Below, one piece after another: positions 56,373 to 64,000 of a DNA stretch of 64,000 bases (its first letter is position 1; each line of letters starts with the position of its first letter). This DNA is from Chrysomallon squamiferum. Lineage: Eukaryota; Animalia; Mollusca. The translations under genes were made by a program, and so were the position numbers. The DNA is taken from contig CM022679.1 in assembly GCA_012295275.1 (NCBI GenBank), positions 19,034,001-19,098,000 on the forward strand, read 5' to 3'. The notes beneath the pieces were generated by a model. That model was not told the DNA's origin. It saw only the letters and a list, made by a program, of their open reading frames with translations, and searched no databases.

Positions 56373-59300
56373 TGCTCGGTTTAAACTTTGATGCTGGTGA
56401 GACAAAGCGTCATGTGTGGCTTAATAGATGAGCAAAATTAAGAGTTTTTCTTTATAAAATAAATGCTTTAAAATTAAAACAGTCTATTTTTAATCTTCAT
56501 TTTATTTTATTTTATTTTATTTTATTGATATTTTTATTTTTGCTTACTTTCTTTATTTTTTTTCATTTCTTTAATTTATTATTATTAAACATTTTTTCTC
56601 AAAATTCCTTATAATTGTTTCCAAAGCTTTCAGCTTCGGTTAATGCGGAGGACTAATTAATCCAGAAGATTTGACAGTACAGTGAAAACCAAGGATGAAG
56701 ACAGTAGCAGATAACACTGAACATTTTTATATATTAACACAGATTCATATATAAAGTCAACATATACAGTTCTTTATATCAACCCGCGCAGTGAAAGTTA
56801 GTTACATTCAAACAACGAGATCAACTTGATGTCAGTCACCTCTTTAACGCCATTATTAACTTGTTCAGCTGGAACCTCGAAGTATTCAAACTTCCTCTCG
56901 CTTTCTAAAAGCTCTAAACAGCTTACATGCTAGCAAATATTTCTTTAATACAACGATTTAGCTGAAGGAAATGGACAGGAAAGGAGACTGCGTCTCAAAC
57001 AGGAGCTGTGGCGGTGTGAATGTAATACTATCTTTTATACTTCTAAATTATTAAGGTAGTTTTAGACAAAATAATACCGTTACAAAAGATTTTGTCTCTT
57101 CACAAGAGAAATAATAACGTCGTCATGTACTTGGTAGATGTTTTTTCTGACATTAAACAGAATCTTTAGAATAAATGAGTACCACCTCTTCACTGACTTC
57201 ACGACTATTGAAGAAAAAATATTCATAATTTTCATTGAAATTAGTTACTAATTAAAATTCAAAATCAAAATCTGGTATGGCGTCACAGTATCGACCGGTC
57301 AAAGTTAAGTAGGGATTTGTAAAAATTGTATGTGGGAATATTACAATTATATCATCTAATCACAGACTCAGTCTTTAAAAGTTTGCTGCACTGAAAGTCT
57401 TGGGTACACATATTAAATAAAGATTCATACTGATTAGCATGACAGAATTCCTAAAGATAATCGATACCGAATAATTACTGCCAAATATAGGGAGATAATA
57501 TTTTACGATAAATATATTAATGATTTTGAAATAAAAGTTTATTTTGCACTTGTAAACATGCAACGTCAAAATTAATATAAGAATATAGAGCAATACTAAA
57601 TTATCAATTTAAATTACGAAATAATTTAAGCTTGATAGAATGTAGTGATTTATCTTTTATTTTATGTTTTTGATTGTCTCGTCTTTTTCTTTGTAGTGCA
57701 AAATCATCTGGTGTGATTTTATTTTGTATTTTAATGTTGTCATGTTCGCCATGTTGTTTTAGTTGGCAAAACTCGTTATAAACATAGTTAAGTATGTGTC
57801 AAATGTAAACACATGTTCTCAAAGACAATTGATTTTCTGTCTCAAAAAATAGACGCAGTGTCTAGAACGAGGCGTCCAAGTTAACTCACAAGTAATCCGC
57901 TCTTCGCTCATGTTGTTGATAACACTGAATTACTTGTGTAGTCCCCACAGATTTACACAGAATACCTTTCCGTAACCACATCGTATCGCCATACATTATT
58001 TCTTTCACGTCACTTTTCTATTAGCTTTTTTCATGACGCATTCATTTTGGGTCAAGAAAGAAAACGCCCCTCAAATGATAATAAGCATAGCTTGATAAAT
58101 GTGACACTCCTCAACGAGAAAACTAAGATTTAATGAAAATAAATATCCTCCCTTCTGTTTTCAAAGTATTCAGCTAATGGTCGTATATTATATTTTCTAA
58201 ACGAAAGGAAATGATTATTGTTATCATTATTATTATTGATATTACTGTATTTTGTTGTTGTTGTTGTTGTTATTATTATTAATATTATTTTTTAATTACT
58301 TATCTTAATATAGTCCAGTGTTTTCAGATATTACTTTTAGTTTTGCAATTATCAGCCATCTGGCTTGTAATTTTAATAATAATAATAATAGTAATATTAA
58401 TAGGTGCAGTAGTAGTAATTAACAGTAAGAACAGCAAAAGTAGTAGCAGTAGTGAAAAGAAATAACAGTTGTAATGAGGATGTCTGCACTACACACATTT
58501 CTACATTTTCTGCTGAAAAACTAATAACAACAGAAATTGAAAAAAGAAAATGTAATGAAAATATTGCATGATATATTTTTGATTATTTCAGTTTTTCATA
58601 CCTTTTCCCTTGATAATTTGTAATTTTGAATCATGCGCAGGAAGACATTTACTTTTGAATTTTATACGCACACAAACACACAAATATAAACGTACACCTG
58701 CATAGTACATACGTGAAATTAAACACAAAAATACACACATCACAGAAGCATACGCACAAACACACACAGACACATCTGCATATAATCTTACTGTCAAAAG
58801 CATAATAGATTCAAAAATCCAAATTTAACGAGGGTGATGAACTGATATAGCCATCAGAGAGAGCCTTTTAAAAACTTTTATATTCAGTATTCAGCTTGAA
58901 AATATTTTGATCTTATCATGATATTGCCTTAATGTTATTAAAAATATATTTTTACCAATAATTACCATGTGACTATAAAATAATGAGAATGTAGCAAGTA
59001 ATAATAAAGTAATTATCAGCGTTTTTTTCAACTTATTTTGTTGACATCAGTGGTGTAATTAAAAAAATTAAAATATATAAAATAAATGATCCATGATAAT
59101 ATTAAAATATGAACATTTATTTTGAATACATTATGACAAAGATTACGAAACCGCTAGTTTTAAATTAAGTTGTGAGAGAAATATGCTTATAAATATGCTT
59201 TTTTCTGAAGCTTTTAATTCATGGCTCGCTATTTTATTTAAATATTAATAGAATATAGTATAGGAGGGGCTTCAACAATCAACACTGGGTTTTTTTCGTT

Positions 59301-60478
59301 TATTTATTTATTTAGTTTTATTAGTTTTATTATTTTGTTGTGGTTGCTGGTATATATTCGTTTAGCGTGCCATAACGTGCAACTTTTATTTATTTTATTT
59401 TAAGATGAACATTGATCCAGTAACAGTTGATCATACACACACGCACGCACGCACACACACAGACATACACACACATTCACACACATATCATTATATTAAT
59501 ATTTCTTATAGACTAGTAGGTGGCGGAAAATCTGCACGACTAGTTCCCCTATTCAAACAGTATCTCAGCTCCATCCCAGTAACAACTAAAAACATTCTGT
59601 CACTAAAAAGAATCATAACTGTATATACATTATCATAAATTATCTAACTAATAATACTCTTTGTAAAGATGATTTTGTTATTTTTATACAATATTTACAA
59701 ACAAACATATACACTTCATTGAACAAGTAAAATATTGGAAATAATATCAGTCATACAAAATACAAGTTTTGTTATAGGCAGAAAAGGACCAACCCTGTCT
59801 AATAAACAAAAATAAACATTGAAAACTGAAAAGTGTATGTTCTGTAATTAAAATAATCAGTCAGCCGGTGAAAACATAGGTGAAATATGAAACAACTCAT
59901 CATAAGTTAATGTTTTACGTCATCATAAGTAATAATTTGATCATTTTAAAATGAACGATAGTATTCGTACATAAATGATATTACTGATATTTCCGTTTCC
60001 CACAGAGTGATATTTATATCATCTTCTCTTCCTACAAAGTTTAGAAACGATATGATTGGGTTTCAGTGTAATCATACCACATTGCTTCAGTCTAGAATCA
60101 GCTGCATTCTTCACCGGAAAATATTGGCAACATAATAATTTTTCAAGATATATATTCAATACTTATGTCTCTTTGTCGACAACTAAAAGTAAATAGACAT
60201 ATCAGAAATACGTAATACTTTATTTGTTGATTTTTCAGCTCCACTCTTCTACTGCTTCTTCAACTGTGTTTCGAATTTAAAGTCGAGGATGACAGCCGGA
60301 TGACATAATGGTTCAGTTAACTTAGTGACAGTTTACTTCATTGTTTCCATGTCGATGCAGAATCGAACTTCGTCCTCTTATTCTATCAGTCTAATTAATT
60401 TTCATTATTTTTTGAAACTCCATTTGTTAATATGATAACCGTGTAACAGAAGAGTAACAAACTCACAAAACATTACTG

Positions 60479-61932
60479 TTAGAATTCTGATATATTACGA
60501 ATATCAAACCTGACTCTTGTACGTTTATTTTTCCTGCAGTTCTGGATTGAAAACATTTTGCTGACTCTGTTCCAAAATGTCTGGCGTGACGAGGATTTGG
60601 TGTTTTTTCTTAGCGGATTAGGGCTGTACTTGCTACATTCTTGCTGAGCAAACGTAACCGAAGTAACATGAGCATCACTCGATCTCGGTGGTGCAAATGA
60701 AATGGCGTCGTCAAAATCAAAGTCAAGAGAAGAATTACGACTTGTTGTGGACGATCTGTCGTCGTCGGGAGATGATGAATACACCATGCATGTCCCCGTG
60801 TCAGCAGAGTTGTAAGAAATATTTCCAGAGCAACTGGAGTCGTTTGAAGGTTTGCGGATGCCTGGAGGATTGAGCTGTTGTGCACACGGTGCTGTCTTTC
60901 TGGGTTTTGTCCTCGCAAGACGTATAAAGATAATGAGCATTCCACACATGACGGCGAGAAAGACACCAACCGTTGACATGAAGATGGAAAATGGAATGTT
61001 CATTTCCACTGTATTTCCATTGTCCATTCCGGAAAAATGTGGAGGGATATCATTAAAAGGAATTTCTCTGAGCATGCCAGGGAAACTGTTGATGTATCTT
61101 CCTCTAGAGCTAATCTGAATACGTAACGTGGCGGTTATGTACCTGTGATTCTGTGATTCTTCTTCTGCCTGTAATATAGGAGTATAAATATTTGTTCATT
61201 CAGTTTGTTTCTTACTAATATTTGTTTATACCACTGATAATAATATTCATAGTAGTAGCAGAGGTGGTAACAGAAACAGTAATATTAGTAGCAGGAGCAG
61301 TAGTAGTAATAGTAGAAGTACAATCAGCAGCAGAAGGCTTAATAAAAGTAGCTGTCATTATTGCTGAATTAGTAATGTAATAGCGTTTGTAGTAATGTTA
61401 GTAATATTTGTGGTTGCCGTTTTCAAACAGAGAAATTTGATTTCATTCACAAACATAATTCTGCTACGATTGCTTTCGGTCATTTCAAAAACACAGGTAA
61501 TAATTTCAAATAAATATGTTTTAAAAAGCAATTTCTGTAAACAAATTGACAGGTTTTCAAAGGAAACATTGTAAAATTTAATGTGACTACATTTTACTAA
61601 TGAAACATTTGGTTTGTTTCTTGAGTTTTATTTGTTATGTTTTGTATTTTCATTTTAATTAGTAAACCTTTAAAAATTTAATCAATAAATATAAAATTAT
61701 ACTTCATAAATATTTAAATTCTACATATTTATTTTTATAGAATTGGTTTTCACTTTCTGTTTTATAAACATATATGGATATAAGTGACAAGGAGATATAT
61801 TAAAGGTCGACCATAACTGATCCGAAAATCATCAAAATTTCCATTAATAATAATCCGGCAATTTTGTCGTTTCTTGTTACATAAAAACTGTTAACGTCAC
61901 TTGATTTTATTTATTTACTCTTATAATCTGCA

Positions 61933-61984
<52 letters not shown>

Positions 61985-62696
61985 GCTTGTAGAATATAAC
62001 ATTTCATTTAATCGTTGTTCTAAAGTTCAAAACAACAAATATATATTCACAGTAAAAAAAAATAATAAATAAATAAAAGCGACCAAAAAAAGAACAACAA
62101 AAGAAACAGAAATTTTCATATTGTTATTATTTTTAAGCCACGAGATAAGTAATGCATATTAATATAAGTGACAGGTATATAATTGTAGGACATTACATAT
62201 TGATTTCATCAAAGGGCTATGGAAGCTGCTTATTATACACGTGTTTCATTGATAAAAAATAACCACAATGTAGTTCCGTTATACATAATACGTTAATTAA
62301 CTCCTTAACATTAATATCCAGATCTGATGTAATTAATTACGTGGCCACATCATTAAGGGAGATTTTGGTGACAATGCGCGATGTTTTATTAGCCATCTTC
62401 TGAAAATGGACTAATTATGTAACTAAACATTCTGTCATGTAAAATGATTCTCATTATCAACAAATCTCTTCCGTTATTCAGTAGTAAGCACATAGTCGGC
62501 GTGTGCCCTATGTGTATCGAAGTGCATTCGCGGTCTTTGAGTATATGTGTGTGTGATGTGTGTGTGCGTGTGGGTGGGTGGTATATGATTATATAATAAC
62601 GAAAAAATTGGTGTATACTGAACAGTAATTAAAGAAAACAAAATTAATGATAAAGATTAGGTCATGCTTTTGATAAAAGAATACAAAACCATATTT

Positions 62697-62728
<32 letters not shown>

Positions 62729-63815
62729 ATAATAAAGAAAATAAAGGAAATTAGAAAAAGCCTTTAATTAGCCTGCAGATGTCATTTTCATTTACCTTGA
62801 TGATAATGTGCAAGGTGTCGATATTAGCTCGTTGTAATGGCAGCAAGACTAGCACTTCTCCCAGGTAAGGATCTATTTTAAAATGATCCTCATAACCAGC
62901 GGGTTTTACTATCAAAATAACATCAGAGTACATGAATTCACGAAAAGCTCAATGCAACAGTATTAATCAGTTATGAATGTGACTAAAATGGAATTTCATG
63001 TAGCATAAGTAAAGGAAAAAGAATAAAAATATTTTAGTAAATTTCTTCTTTTGTTTGTTTCAGATATTTAGCCTCTAGGTAATATACTTCACTGATATCA
63101 CCCCTTTAAAACAGTTACACATTTTTCTTAAATTATTTACCTTTGATTATGGAATATTTAATGGTATAATTCAAAGAATCTCGATCGTGAGCTCGGATCT
63201 GTGCCGGCCAAATTCTCAGGTTTCCCTGCAAAAGAAAATAATTTAAATTTTACAATATAAAAACTCTCACTTATAGATATAATATTATTTTTACAAGTAT
63301 ACAGAAAACAGTTTATTTTAACTGATTCCTAACTAAATTCTATTAAAGATTCAACAATTTAAAAGCGATAGTAAATAACAAGCGAAACAAAAGAAAACGT
63401 ATAATACGGTAATGAGATGCTGTAGATAATTGTAATATTCTTAAAATAGTCAACATTAAATGTTCCGTGTAACTTGTTTATTCAGTATAAATTGTTTCTA
63501 TGTAGTTATGTTTAGCCTATAGGTAGGTAGATAGGTAGGTAGATAGATATGCAGATTTTTTTAGGAAGGTGCTTATGTGTGTGTGCATCGGTGTGTGCGT
63601 ACATGATTATAATAAGTAAAAAGAAAAATAAGAAAAAAAATGTCAGTTATTACCTCAAACGTGCTTCTCATGACGGCTTCGTAAGATGGCGTTGCACAGT
63701 AACCGTCCACTAGAGGGCAGTTATCATATATAAAAGCTGGTCCTAAATCATCAGCATCCATGACGTACACTCTCAGTGTCGTATAACCACTTCTTGGGTT
63801 AGGATATCCGTCATC
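60479..63815 (-). CDS. Cadherin-related protein paralog (Cad99C/PCDH15-like), last four exons; 5' part lies beyond window end
   Basis: Exons 63815-63654, 63225-63141, 62908-62796, 61168-60479 (GT-AG, same phases as exons 8-11 of the plus-strand cadherin). Motifs DADDLGPAF, AHDRDSLNYTIKY, FKIDPYLGEV; TM FSIFMSTVGVFLAVMCGMLIIFI; Ser-rich cytoplasmic tail ending RVRFDIRNISEF. Confidence 0.9.
61935..61983. repeat. Poly(T) tract
   Basis: Long homopolymer in the last intron of the minus-strand cadherin. Confidence 0.9.
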
Positions 63816-64000
63816 CTGTTGTGTAATACACGTATCAGTCAGTACTGTTACTACTATCATCACCACCAATACTTCCACCATCTCATATAATAATTGTTCT
63901 TCTACTTATTATTATTATTATTATTATTATTATCATCATCATCATAATCATTATTGGAATTCTCACACACACACACTCACACACACACACACACACACAC

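Overview
AT-rich, intron-containing animal genomic DNA. It is probably lophotrochozoan or molluscan; a degenerate SINE resembles gastropod elements, which is inference from memory. Four spliced protein-coding genes could be rebuilt by hand with GT-AG boundaries and consistent intron phases. (1) An NMDA receptor GluN2-type subunit on the minus strand (25307 to <168, 13 exons, 3' end outside the window), whose pore Q/R/N site is Gly-Ala. (2) A complete 11-exon CYP3-clan cytochrome P450 on the plus strand (30399-34837, 509 aa), head-to-head with the receptor gene. (3) A complete 11-exon short cadherin on the plus strand (47099-55013, 538 aa, about 3 EC repeats plus TM). (4) The last four exons of a paralogous cadherin on the minus strand (60479->63815), tail-to-tail with the first. 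Both cadherins carry Cad99C/PCDH15/CDHR5-like signatures. Non-coding features are a ~6.3-kb triplet-built satellite in receptor intron 2, a Tigger/pogo-like MITE, a ~500-bp inverted duplication enclosing exon-like segments, SINE remnants and many microsatellites. A 6x46-bp tandem array also duplicates a cadherin exon end and splice donor, creating five potential in-frame 24-nt microexons. Most short ORFs in the supplied track are microsatellite artefacts.
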